Below, piece after piece: positions 14,501 to 26,916 of a DNA stretch of 64,000 bases; position 1 is the first letter of the stretch, and each line of letters begins with the position of its first letter. The position numbers were made by a program, and so were the translations under genes. The stretch lies in NCBI RefSeq assembly GCF_009914755.1, contig NC_060927.1; one strand, written 5' to 3'. The notes under the pieces are model-generated. The model was not told the DNA's origin. It did not search any database and worked only from the letters and a program-made list of their open reading frames with translations. The stretch comes from the human T2T-CHM13v2.0 reference genome, Homo sapiens.

Positions 14501-15139
14501 ACTAGCATCACAAAAAGCCTTGGTGTAAGTTATTTTTCTACATCTGGCTCTCTCTGTTTTGGATACATGGGACTTTAGCAGGTATATACTTGGAGAATAA
14601 AGTTCCATAGCTCAAATATTCAATAGAGGTTTTGTTTTTGCATCAACTTTTCAGTAATTTCTTAGTACTTTTCTTTTTTATGTTAGGAGATAAAATGAAA
14701 GGATTTAGATTTCCTGCCATGGGAAAAATAATTATTTTCCCTGTCTTTAAAGGCTTTTATTTTGAAGACAAAATCAGTTTTAACTCAAATGGAAATTGCA
14801 GTAAAATCTCAGACACTGTAATCAGTGACTGCATTAAAACTCTCAAGAAGGAAGCCAACTTCCATGTGAGGCCACAATTCAGCCAGGATCACAAAGAGAC
14901 ATTATCCACTTTGCCTGTGGCCATTCTGTCATTTTAGACTGTAAAATTTTTATACTGTAAAATTAAGGTTCAAGGAAATCTTCTCTAACTTTCACATACA
15001 TACACATAAATATACTGATTTTTGCCTGTAACCATATAATAAGCAGAGAGGTTTTGGCTTACTTTAGACATAGGTATAGAAGACACTTAATAAAGATTAT
15101 TAAAATTTCCTTCATTATATAAGTAATAGTGTTCACCAA

Positions 15140-15450
15140 ATATTCAGTGATTGGTTAACACAAACTGTGTTATACACCCTACAGAAAATACTGTAAAGTT
15201 GCTAAAAAAAAAAAAGTAGACTTAAATGTGCTATATGACAGGATATGACATTATATATGCTCAATCCCTCTTGTATAAAGAAAATTAGTATACATATATA
15301 CACATATTTATGATAGATAGGCATATACACAAACATTTTCTTCTGGAAGTATATGTAAGATACTTTTGATGTATTTGGGGAAAATAAGATGGAGAATTTT
15401 ACTTCTAATTACATATTTTTCTATTCTGTTTGAATTCTTCAAACATGTTT
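15140..15450 (+). mobile_element. Old L1 (L1ME/MC-like) 3' fragment
   Basis: tggttaacacaaactgtgttatacaccctacagaaaatact...aaaaagtagacttaaatgtgct resembles L1M 3' UTR. Confidence 0.55.
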
Positions 15451-16392
15451 AAAATATAATGCCAATAGGGATATCCGAGTGGTAAGGTTATGAGGAATTT
15501 TTTTCTCTTCATTTTTTTATATACTGGAAAATTTAATATATCATATTTCAAAACGGAAGCATCTTCAAAATAATTATGTAATAGTAATTCATGTTAGTTA
15601 CAAGAAACTTGAAAACACTAAAAAAGCATGAAGTATATCAACAAACAGCCTTGTAATTCTCTGACCCAACAATAACCACTGTCGAATTTTTGCTGCGTTG
15701 TGTCCAGTTTGCAAAGTCTCTTCTGCTTTGTACAGTGTAAGTAAGAAAGATCCTTTACATTCCCTTAACGGGGGGGGACCCAAAACAGCTTTATGTGTCA
15801 TTTGTTCTGCTATATACCTTCTTAGACACCTTCACCACCACACCGTTTTTAGTTGCCAGGACATTGTTGAAATAGCATGCTATATGTGACACCTCCCTAA
15901 ATTACACAGGTTCTTTATTCATCTGCTATTGCCCCCTGAAAAACATGATCTCTGTGCTATTTCATAATAGTACATGGCATTTCATGATGGAAGCCATGGA
16001 GTTGAAGGCAACAGTGGCCTCATGCTCCACAATTATTATAGTATACATACTGAAATAGTTTCGTGAGGACTCAGAAATGTTCTTCTCTTCTGAATGCACA
16101 GAGATGCTTCCCTGTAAGGAGCTCTGTCTTAGAACTTCTTCAAAGCCTAATAAAGTTGAAGGAAAAACACAGAAAGGTGATATACTTGGTGTGATATTTT
16201 AAGCAACTGACCTATTAATTATAATACCTTTTGATATTTTCTTTGCTGAGGATCATTTTCTGAAGAAGGGTATGAACCTTCTCTTTCATGCAAAATACCT
16301 TGGTATAACTGTTCATCTTTTAAGTATCTTATTTGCCTTTTGGCAAATTAAAGAATTTTCCTACCTTTGTTGTTGCTGTTATTGAAAAGAAG

Positions 16393-16628
16393 ATAATAAT
16401 GACAATAATAATTTTTATAGCTAACTCTTATTGGTTGCTTTCTATAGGTTGGGCAGTTTACTTACATTATTTGCATTTAATTCCAAAAATACCTCTATTA
16501 TTATTGTTGCTGTTATTCCCATTTTATAGATGAGAAAACCCAGGCATAGAAATGTTGAAAAACTTGCCCAATGTCACAAATCTACTAAGAAGTAGACGAA
16601 GAAATCTACATCAGACTCATTCCAAATC
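16393..16628 (-). mobile_element. MIR SINE
   Basis: atagctaactcttattg...attcccattttatagatgagaaaacccaggc...aacttgcccaatgtcaca core. Confidence 0.85.
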
Positions 16629-16794
16629 TTCCTTAAGATTATTATCTAGATTAGGGTTACATGACTGTACTAAGAGGTCCAAACCATGTCCAGAGCTTTC
16701 TTATTTTTCTAATACTATGGGGGGTGAAGGGGAGTGGGAAGAGAAAGAGAGCGAGCGAGCACATAAGATTCCAAATAAAATGTTATAAAATTTA

Positions 16795-16895
16795 TCTAAG
16801 ACTTCATTTTCCTCACCTCTAAAATGGACAGCACCCATCACAGAGGTTTATCTTGAGGACCAGTTGAGATAATATAAGTGAAAGCATCTAGTACA
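16795..16895 (+). mobile_element. MIR fragment
   Basis: cttcattttcctcacctctaaaatgg...gaggaccagttgagataatataagtgaaagcatctagtaca. Confidence 0.75.
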
Positions 16896-18313
16896 ACTAA
16901 AATAAAACACCATTATTGCTCTACAAGTTTCCTTCCTTTGCATAATGGATATGTTCTGGATAAGGTGATTATGAAAAGGTATAGGCTTAACTTCTGTTGT
17001 CAAATCAAAGAGCAATTACACTATAAAATCTCAGAGAAGGATTCCCAACAGATTGAGATGAAGACCTGATGTAAGGCAGGGGTTCAGGTGGAGGCTGGGT
17101 CTACAGATTTACTGGGAGCACTCTGTGGGTTGGTAACACATTCTAGATCCTCTTACCTCTCTCTCCTCAGGCTCCTTGGTCTGAAAATTCCTGAGTGTAC
17201 TACAGCAGTTTCCAGAGATGATTGCTTTCTTTTTCTTTTATCTGGTTACAAAGTCTAGTGGAATTTATTTGCAATGATGATACTTCACTTGAAGGCCTTA
17301 TCCCACACATTATGATATAAAATAGTTAGAAATTCCTTTAATGTGAGATTCTCAATCAGATAAATTCACTGTGCTCTATTTACTCTGGATGTTTGGTTAC
17401 AGGTTTCCATCATATTATTAATAATACTTGCATTAACTTCCTCATATTCATTACATTGAAAGGCTCTGAGTTAGAAAATATGTATTCTACTTTCTTGGAA
17501 ACCCTACACTCACTAGTGAGGCCTATAAATAAAATGAAACTTTAAATAGTACGAACTTCACCTTCAACTCATAACTAAACCCAACTCTGGGCTTAAAGTG
17601 CTATTTTCTCCCTCCAGTCTCATCAGATATAAGTATATCATGTTACTAACTGAGGCCAAGCTATATATTTACACAATTCACTTCATACTAACAACCTGCT
17701 GCATTTTGTTGCTTGCCTTTTCTTGAGGTACTGGGACTTACTCTTAAATTAATGCCTTAGTTTTTTTTTTTTTCTCTAGGGACATCCTTTTACTTATGGA
17801 AAATATTCAGAAAGAATGGAATTTTTAAAATAAGCCATCTGCTGCGCAGACCTCAAGAAAAACAGTTATGTTTGAAAATACCAGATTCAACTAATGAGGG
17901 GCACAAAAGCCTTATTAACTGTGTTAGCTTTCTTATCTTTAGAGCTCAGGTAGGAAGTAAGAGCCGACCTCAGCATGCCAACAGGTATCAAGTGAGAGAG
18001 GTCAGCACAGTCTACACCCTTATGATATAGCTTGAACACATCAGCTCAGAAGTACTCTTCATAAATTCTAAAAAGAGACCTTCTTCCAGATTATCTCGCA
18101 CATGGCAGCAGCCTGGGAGTCCTTAAGACAAAACTCTCTAGTTCTAGAACAATTCAAACAAGGTGCATTTACATTATATTTAATATTTTGCTGTAAGCAG
18201 ACGATAGAATCTACTCAAAACTATCTCTATTTCACTGTTTGCCCATATTCCCATATCCGTCCTTTATTTCTCAGCTTATATCTTTCTTGAATTTCTAAAG
18301 ATAAGAAATCTAA

Positions 18314-18710
18314 TTTATTCATGTATTCATTATACAATAAATATTAAGTATCTCAGAAAAGGGCAAATAAATAGATGATAGATGATTAATAGATAGCTAA
18401 ATATATAGACAGATAATAGATATATAGCTAGATAAAACAGAGATGAGTTATGGCCTAAAGAAATGGCTAAGGAAGAAGATTGCATATTGAGGATGTTTTA
18501 AACTAGGTATTGAAGGATACTTGGGATTTCAAAGTATAGAGAGCAAGGAGAAATCATTTCGAGCAGAATAAACTGCATGAACAAAAAGGTCATCACACGT
18601 TGGGAAAAGCAGATTATTTGGTTTGTGAAAGAGAGTAGTAAAAATAAAACTGAGAAGGTAAATTAGGGTTAGATCACATGAGAGTTCGAGTGCCAACCAA
18701 GGAATATTAC
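18314..18710 (-). mobile_element. L2 fragment with degenerate (GATA)n at ~18370-18433
   Basis: ttcatgtattcatt...aaatattaagtatct L2 3' end, then tgaaggatacttgggattt...gcagaataaactgcatgaacaaa. Confidence 0.6.
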
Positions 18711-19289
18711 TCTGTCAATAATCTAGGTTTGAGGAAAGCACAGTCAACAACTCTCTAGCTTTCATAATTTAAGTAATGAGTATTATAATCCACCAAACCT
18801 CTGGTCTTTAGGCTCCACAGGGGATACGTTAGATCAGTGGTAGAGAAAAGGTCCTCATATTTAATGAGTCCTCCTCCAGCTGAGATTATCATGCTGCATC
18901 TATTGAAGTTAATCATCTCACATGATTTGAACAAGAATCTCACTAGTTCCTAATCACACTAGCATTGGCCCTTCATTCTCAATAACAAGTTCTATAGAGT
19001 TACCTAAAGGCTGACACTGAGGCTGGCTGAGATGAGAGCGGTGAGTATCCCAAGCACATGTGAGATGTCTGTAGAAAGTTTGACATAAGCTGTCATTTGA
19101 TTTTGAATAAAGCCAAATTGTTCATAAGTGATTGGTTACTTATATATGTCTAGTTCAGGTTCTCCCTATGATACAGAAAGTCATTATAGTATACGTGGAA
19201 CTCTGAGATCTCCTTACACATCTTTTAAGGCTCACTCCTAACTGTTTAGGATTCTTTGATAGAAGGTGTTTCCCAGCACCTTCTGTTAT

Positions 19290-19467
19290 GCTCCCTCTTT
19301 ATTGTTCTCTAGTGGACTTACTGACTTCTGATATGCTTTGGTTTTATGTATGTATTTGTTTACTTTCTGCCTCTCCTCTCCAAATGTTAGGTCTTTGAAA
19401 ACAAGGATTATTTGAATGTGCCTGTTTTGCTCACTGTTGTATCTCCAGCATGTAGAAGAGATACCTA
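19290..19467 (+). mobile_element. L2a 3' fragment
   Basis: tgtttactttctgcctctcc...tgttttgctcactgttgtatctccagcatgtagaa. Confidence 0.75.
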
Positions 19468-20229
19468 TTGAAAGACTGCTTTTGAAACTGAAGACAAAAT
19501 ATAGAGGAAGGTAAGCACATATTAACTGGTATATGGGGGAAAAAAGGCTTCTGTATAAAACTCCCCCCAAAAACTCATATGCTATATAATTTGAAAATAT
19601 CATCAGCTAATTATGTCACGGACGAATTTTCTATAAAACTCAAAGCACTTTTAAATTAAAAGTATGTATTTTTTCTTCCTGTTACTGAAGTAACAATCTC
19701 ATTCTCTCTATTTTATACAAAGGGAAATCATGGCAGAGAGAGAGATACTCTGGAGTACAGCAGATGAATTCAGAGCTTCTGACTCTAAGGGCCATCTATA
19801 TTCTATGCACTATTTAATGTTAGTTTATATTTTACTACCAGTGAGATTTAAGTGCTGAATTGAATAGAGTCCTAGAATTTGTACCAATAAATAATGTTAT
19901 TAACTTATGCTCTTTCTGCTAGCACATGGCCTTCTCACAGATATAAGCAAACAAATAAATAAAGAGCAACACAGAAAGAGGAAAGGTGAATAACTTAAAG
20001 GGGTGAACATGGTTGTTCTTATTTTTAAAATCCAGATTGTTCATTTTCGTTGTAATTGTATTGTATTCTACTGGCAGAAAGAGATGAGATTTAGTGTACT
20101 ATGCAAATTATAGTAGGTCCACCACAGCTTATCAAGTTCTGAGAACAGTATGGTTTCTTTTTCCTCAGATCCTCTTTTACCCTTAAAATATCTTCTGGAT
20201 TAAAATTCTCATTCAATGAACCACATCTT

Positions 20230-21300
20230 TCAATATAAAAAATGAAATTATAAAAGTACTAAAAGAAAACATTAGTAAATTTCTTTATAATCTTGGCATA
20301 AGAAAGGACTTTTTACCTATAACTCATTATCTAGAAGCTACATAGAAAAGATTAGTAAATCTGATTATATTTACAAACAAACTTCAGTATGGCCAAAAAA
20401 TCCATAAGTAATTTTTAAAAGTGGGAAAAACTTATGCAGCTCACATAGATAAAAGGATTATCATCTTAATGTATAAATAGCAAGAAATACATAAGAGAAA
20501 GACTAACAACCCAATAGAAAGAAAAGGCTAAGGAGATGAACAGACACCTTATGGAAAAATAAACGCTAATGACATTAAACATATTAAAAAAGATGGTTGA
20601 CATCACTTATAATTTTAAAAATGCAAACTAAAACTATACCGAGATACCGTCTTTTACCAATACAATTGGCAAAAATCCAAAAGCTTAACCAAGCACTATT
20701 TTATAGTTGAGGCTTGGGTAAAAAGGTACTTTTATATATGCCAATGGAGCTGCTAATTGATCCAACTCCTGTCGAGATCAATTTGGCAAAACTTTTCAAA
20801 ATTCAAGATGCATATAACCCTTTGATCAATAATTTTATTTCTGAGAATTTATCCTGCAGATAAACTTGCACATCTATGAAATGATTTATATATAAGGTTG
20901 TTCACTGTAATATTGTTTGAAATGAAAAAAATTGTTTATCAATCGGGACTGAATAAACCATGATGCATTTATATAATGGAATACTGCAAAACTATAAAAG
21001 AGATTAAGGCAGTTCTCTATGTATCAATAGCAAAAGACCTCTAAGAGATACTGGAGAATACAAGATTGAGAACAGTGTATAAAGTGGTTTAACTTTTGTG
21101 TAAGAAGGTGGAAGGAGGGAATATATATTCACTTTTTTTGCATAAAAAGACCACTGGAAAGTTACACAAAAAAAATAATGAATAAAAGTGGTTACTAATG
21201 GGAATAGAAAGAGAAAAAGGTGGATGGGGAGAAGTGAAGACGTTTTTACATAGTTTTGATTTTTGAACCCTGGAAATATATAGCCTGCCTCTTCAAATAT
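20230..21300 (+). mobile_element. Old L1 (L1MC/L1ME-like) ORF2 end plus 3' UTR
   Basis: aaagtactaaaagaaaacat, aacaacccaatagaaa, aaatgcaaactaaaactataccgagatacc, aatttggcaaaa, tataatggaatactg. Heavily decayed. Confidence 0.88.
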
Positions 21301-22277
21301 ATTTAAAATATATGTAAAATATATTTAAACAAATATATTTAAAAACTAAATGAAAGATAATCTCATATTAAAGTAAAAATGAGAACAGCATAGCAATGAT
21401 AAAAATGGTTCCTGAGCTCCATAAATTTCTCCCAACTTTTAGCTACCGGTGCAGCCAATATCTGGGTAAACGTGGTAAAAAAAACTTGGCAGTTTGGTCC
21501 AAATGGCGTCTTTGGAGCAAAAAATGATTCAGGTTCTTCCCTTTGACTTTGTAGCATTCTTCAGATGTTATTAAACAGTTATTCCTTTCTAAGCTCAATC
21601 GAGTTACCAGTAAAATATAAAATGACATTAGTGTTGCAGCTGTGAACTAGTTGGGATGAATCCCTTTAAAAGCCTAGGATGATTTCCATGTGTTGAGTGG
21701 AGAAGACCTGGATGTTTGCTTGTTGCTACGTAATAAGAACAAAACACATTTCTTGAGGAATTTTAATGTGTAAAATTGTTTTTAAAAATAAGTAAAATCT
21801 ATTTATTAATTATATAATATTTATCAATCTTCTATAATACTTAGGCGATGTACTCAGTATGCATAACATTCTTAACAGGAGGCAGAATACATCATTAGGC
21901 AGATGATGTATGTTGAGTACTTAGAAGTTCCTAAAGGAGAAGCCTATAAAGACAGTGCATTATAATTAATAATAAATGTAATAGTATAATTTTTTTGTAA
22001 AATAAGCAACACATTTATCCACTAGTCAGAAATTATAGCTTCAATTCAATAAGCTGCTTTCTCATGTTTGTATTGAGAATGCCATCTAGAACAATCTAGA
22101 AGCCACAGACAAGAGCAGGGGTGAAAGCTCCTAAATTTCCTATTTCCGTTGTCCCATGACTTTTTGGTAAAAAGATAATCAGTGAATTACCCATTTTGTG
22201 TAAGAATTTCTTCCTCTGGGTTCTGTTCTTATTTTAGGCAATGATTTTAAAACATGGAGGTAGGTAAGTAGGGAGTA

Positions 22278-22860
22278 TTCATTCAATCATTCATTTGTAT
22301 TAATTAAACACCAAGTATGTTCTGTGTATTTCGCTAACATTAGAAATGCAGAGACAAAAGACATAATTTTTGCCCCCAAATATTTCAATCTAGTGGGGAG
22401 AAAGGAAAGTAAATAACCAACTAATTATAACACAGGGTGAATAACCTGCTGTAATTGACTTAAGCATAAATAGCTGTGAGAGAACAGAGGCGTGGGACTC
22501 TGACTTTTAATGAGGAGGCTCAATAACAAGTTTTGAGGAGTGGGTGCCTTAGCTGAAACTTAAAGGATGGAAGAAGTTAACAAGGCAAAGATTTGAGAGG
22601 ATAGAAAGGGATTCTAGGTATAGGTAACAGAAAAAAAAAAGTACAGAGCAAGACAGAATATGATCCATTCATGAACTGCAGGTGGTTCCAGACAGAGGAT
22701 AGAGTGATGGTTGGGAATGCCAAGAAATGAGTTTTCAGGCCCATCCAGATTGTGATGGAAGCACTACTTTAGATAAGGTGATAAGGGAAGGCGGAGATCT
22801 GAATGAACAGAAAGAGACAGCCATGAAGAGCTTGGTGAGAACAACGTTCCCAGCAGAGAA
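22278..22860 (-). mobile_element. L2 fragment
   Basis: ttcattcaatcattcatt tail, aatctagtggggagaaagg, agctgaaacttaaaggatg. Confidence 0.75.
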
Positions 22861-23161
22861 CTGTACTTATTGCACATATATGCCTATTTTAAGGAATGGT
22901 TAAAGAGCTAGGGGAACTGATTCCTGGTTGTCAGAGATGAGCAGCACTATTCCAAATACTCTTCCCCTGACAATTATCTAATCTCTTTTGTTGTCTCTGG
23001 AAGCATGGTTCTTTCCCATCAATGAATTCATTCAGTCCCTGTAATCAACTCTGATTAGTGTTGTTTAACATCAATCTTTTCTACTTTTTTTCAAAGAAAG
23101 ATACCAATCAGTTGCTGCACACCCCTGCTTGTTAAAAGCAGCACCTCTCCTGCTGACTTAC

Positions 23162-23327
23162 CGTTCTTTTAATCAAAAGGGCAGGAGGAAGCAGTTGGGA
23201 TTCACTTTTCTTTTTTTTTCTTTCAAAGTACACAAATGTCAACTTCCTTAAGGATGTCTGGCATAGCTGAGTTCAGTCATGTAACATACAAAGTCAGCTT
23301 GATCAAAAGGTTGCAGGCTGCCCACTG
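23162..23327 (-). other. Candidate non-coding (5'UTR/lncRNA) exon with NAGNAG acceptor
   Basis: Minus strand: tttccttttctcctccattttag|CAG|TGGG...AAGAACG|gtaagt. 166 or 163 nt of unique sequence. Confidence 0.5.
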
Positions 23328-23613
23328 CTAAAATGGAGGAGAAAAGGAAACCATGGGCTTCCCTGAAGTGTGAATGAGTGCATAGGCCACTGCCACGTGT
23401 GTATTTATACTGAAGACATGCTGGGCTGACAAGGGAGATTAGGAAACATAAATCCCCACCACTACACTGCTCTATCTTCACCTTTGAACCTCTGGAGCAG
23501 CACTTTCTCTCTTTCCTATTTCTTCTGTTGTGCCCAGTGAAGGAGTTACTATATAGCTTTATAGCAACTGCAAGCCATGGCTATTTTTGAATATTTAAAA
23601 AAAACATTTTTGC

Positions 23614-24480
<867 letters not shown>

Positions 24481-25105
24481 TAATTCTCCTGGAAGATGCT
24501 TCTGGCAACCCAGAACCAGAAAATAATTTTTCCAAAGAGTTGATTATCTTAGACTAAACTAATGACTCAAGTTGGTTTTACAAATAGGGAACACTCTGTA
24601 AATACTCATGGACATATCTAAACCTGAACATACATTCTCATGAAGCACAAAAATCATCATATATGGTTACAGTCCCCAAACAAGGCTGCAGAAGAATTTA
24701 ACATTCGTAACAATGTACAGCTAGTATAATTACATTTTGTGCAACCTCGTAATTCTTTAACAGTACAACTGAAGTGATGAGAAGGTACACACTGATATAA
24801 GGTAACATAGCTCTGTGTTCTAGCCAAAACTAGAACTCAGGATCCATTATTTTTAATCTAGGAACTTTTATGTGATGACCATTTACTAGGAAGGGTTGGG
24901 AGTAAAAAGCATAAGGCAATTGATATAGAGAAACAAGGATGCTTTAAAAAAACAAAAACACCAGTCTAAAAGAAGACTATTCTTTACTCACTTGAAATGG
25001 CTCTGAATTCCTGGGAAGAGCATAGGAAGAAATGTAACTATAGGATCACTTTTATATGAGTAAATTAATAAATCATTTCCCCTATGTTCTCTAAGAAATC
25101 TTTTA

Positions 25106-25284
25106 GAACAATATTTCCCAAACTTCCCTAATCATACCAATTGACTAGTTTCTTGTTTCAGATCCAAATGCCAAGGCCCCTTCGTGAAAATTTCTTATTC
25201 TCTAGGTTTATGGTAGACTCAGGAATGTGCATATTTCAAGGGTGACCCTGATGATTCTTAGTTCAGGGATGTTTGGGAAACACT
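25106..25284. mobile_element. MER5A1-like hAT-Charlie MITE
   Basis: Terminal inverted repeats caatatttcccaaac / gtttgggaaacactg. Internal caggaatgtgcatattt. Confidence 0.8.
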
Positions 25285-25919
25285 GTTCTGGAGAAAACTT
25301 TGTACAATAGCTAAACATTTCTTCATTCCTAATGAATCATCCCATTTTAATGTTTCTGTGGTGTGTCTTAAGCAGGTGCAGACTCTCATAGCAAACCATA
25401 AACTCCTATGTTCCTTTAAAATAGCTTAAGATACATTTACTCAGTTTTCAGGATTAGCAAAAAGTCAAATAGGGCTGTTAACTAGCCCATTCCCACAGAA
25501 GCACCAACCTGTAATTCCCAAGTATCAATTCTAATGTGTTCAAAAATAAAAGCATATGCTTAGTCATGTAACAGAGGGTTTCTTTTTTTACTTTTATTTC
25601 ATTGTCTGTCAATCTGGTTGATCAGATTACTAATTTCTACTCTACTGGAAGTGATCTTTAGAAAAACAGGTCTGCCATGTTTGCATTACAGAGATATTAA
25701 CAATAATAATGATTTTTAAAAAGTAAACCAAACATAAATAAACAGGAAAAGAAACCACCATATTTGAGTCCAGTCTTTGTCCTGCCTAGTGAAACATCTG
25801 TCTTATACCTTTTTGACAGGCAGAAATAAGACCTTTCACATCGCCTCATCTCTCTGATAAATCAGTCTATTTCCTTACAAATTTGGTCTGAGACAAAACT
25901 CTTCTGCTCTTCCACTTAC

Positions 25920-25989
25920 CATTTAGAAAGGCACAGTCAGAAACACCATCTAAGATGAGCTCACTTCTGGGTGTCTTTCAGTTAGACTT
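25920..25989 (-). other. Candidate 70-nt non-coding exon
   Basis: Minus strand: tttttgtttcttggttagttttcttgttatccatttaatag|AAGTCTAACTG...TCTAAATG|gtaagt. Confidence 0.5.
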
Positions 25990-26853
25990 CTATTAAATGG
26001 ATAACAAGAAAACTAACCAAGAAACAAAAATATTCCTGTCACTTCTTTTGCAACAATTCCACAATCTTGAGGAAAATTGAATTTTGAAGAAAAGAATGGT
26101 CTATGCCATCTTACAAGCATGAGATGGAGGAGCAATGACTATAAAGAATATTCGTTAATTTTGGTTGTACTGTAGTTATATTACAAATTGCACAATTAAT
26201 TCCCACTATCAAATTAAACTGGTAAACAGGCCTAGATTAAAAACACAAGCCTGCTCTGCTTGTTTTGCTCTGTTATACACAAAGTAATCTTAAATTCAGT
26301 TTATTATCATTAGTATGGTTTCACTTTGGGGGAAAAAAACTCTTTTTCCTCATAAGGCATATTGCATATTGAGATGATGAAGACCAAAGTCAATGCTGTA
26401 GAGAGTTGTAGGGATATAACTGCTGCTAAAATAAGCACTTGGTTTAGTAGACTATTTCCCTTAGACGCTTGGAGCACAATAATTTTTTCCTGCTGGGAGA
26501 CAATGTATATCCTGAATGGGGTAGGGCCTGAAAGACAGTGAAATACAGCCGGAAATACACCTGATGGCAGAATCCACCAGGATCAGACAGCATCAGGACA
26601 GCATTAAACACAGTGTTTGAAGATAGCAGAGGTATGTGGACTCTCAAGGAACACTGAAAGATTACAGATTGTAGGTGAGCATGGTTTTGAGAGTCTATCT
26701 CTGCTAGCCACAAGAAAATTAGCAGTCAACATTTGCAAGGTCTGTTTAATTATGTCAGTGACCAGAGCTAGCCTCCCAGGTTAAGTGAGAACGAGAACTA
26801 ACAAGCTGCCCCTAGCCTCCTTCAGGACTTAAATGATAAAGCCATGGCAATCA

Positions 26854-26916
26854 CAGCAGCAGCAGCAGCAGCAAAAGCAGCAACAGCAGCAGCTGAAGCA
26901 GCAACAGCAGCAGCAA
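26854..26916. repeat. Interrupted (CAG/CTG)n trinucleotide repeat, ~21 units
   Basis: (CAG)6 CAA AAG CAG CAA (CAG)3 CTG AAG CAG CAA (CAG)3 CAA. Confidence 0.95.
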
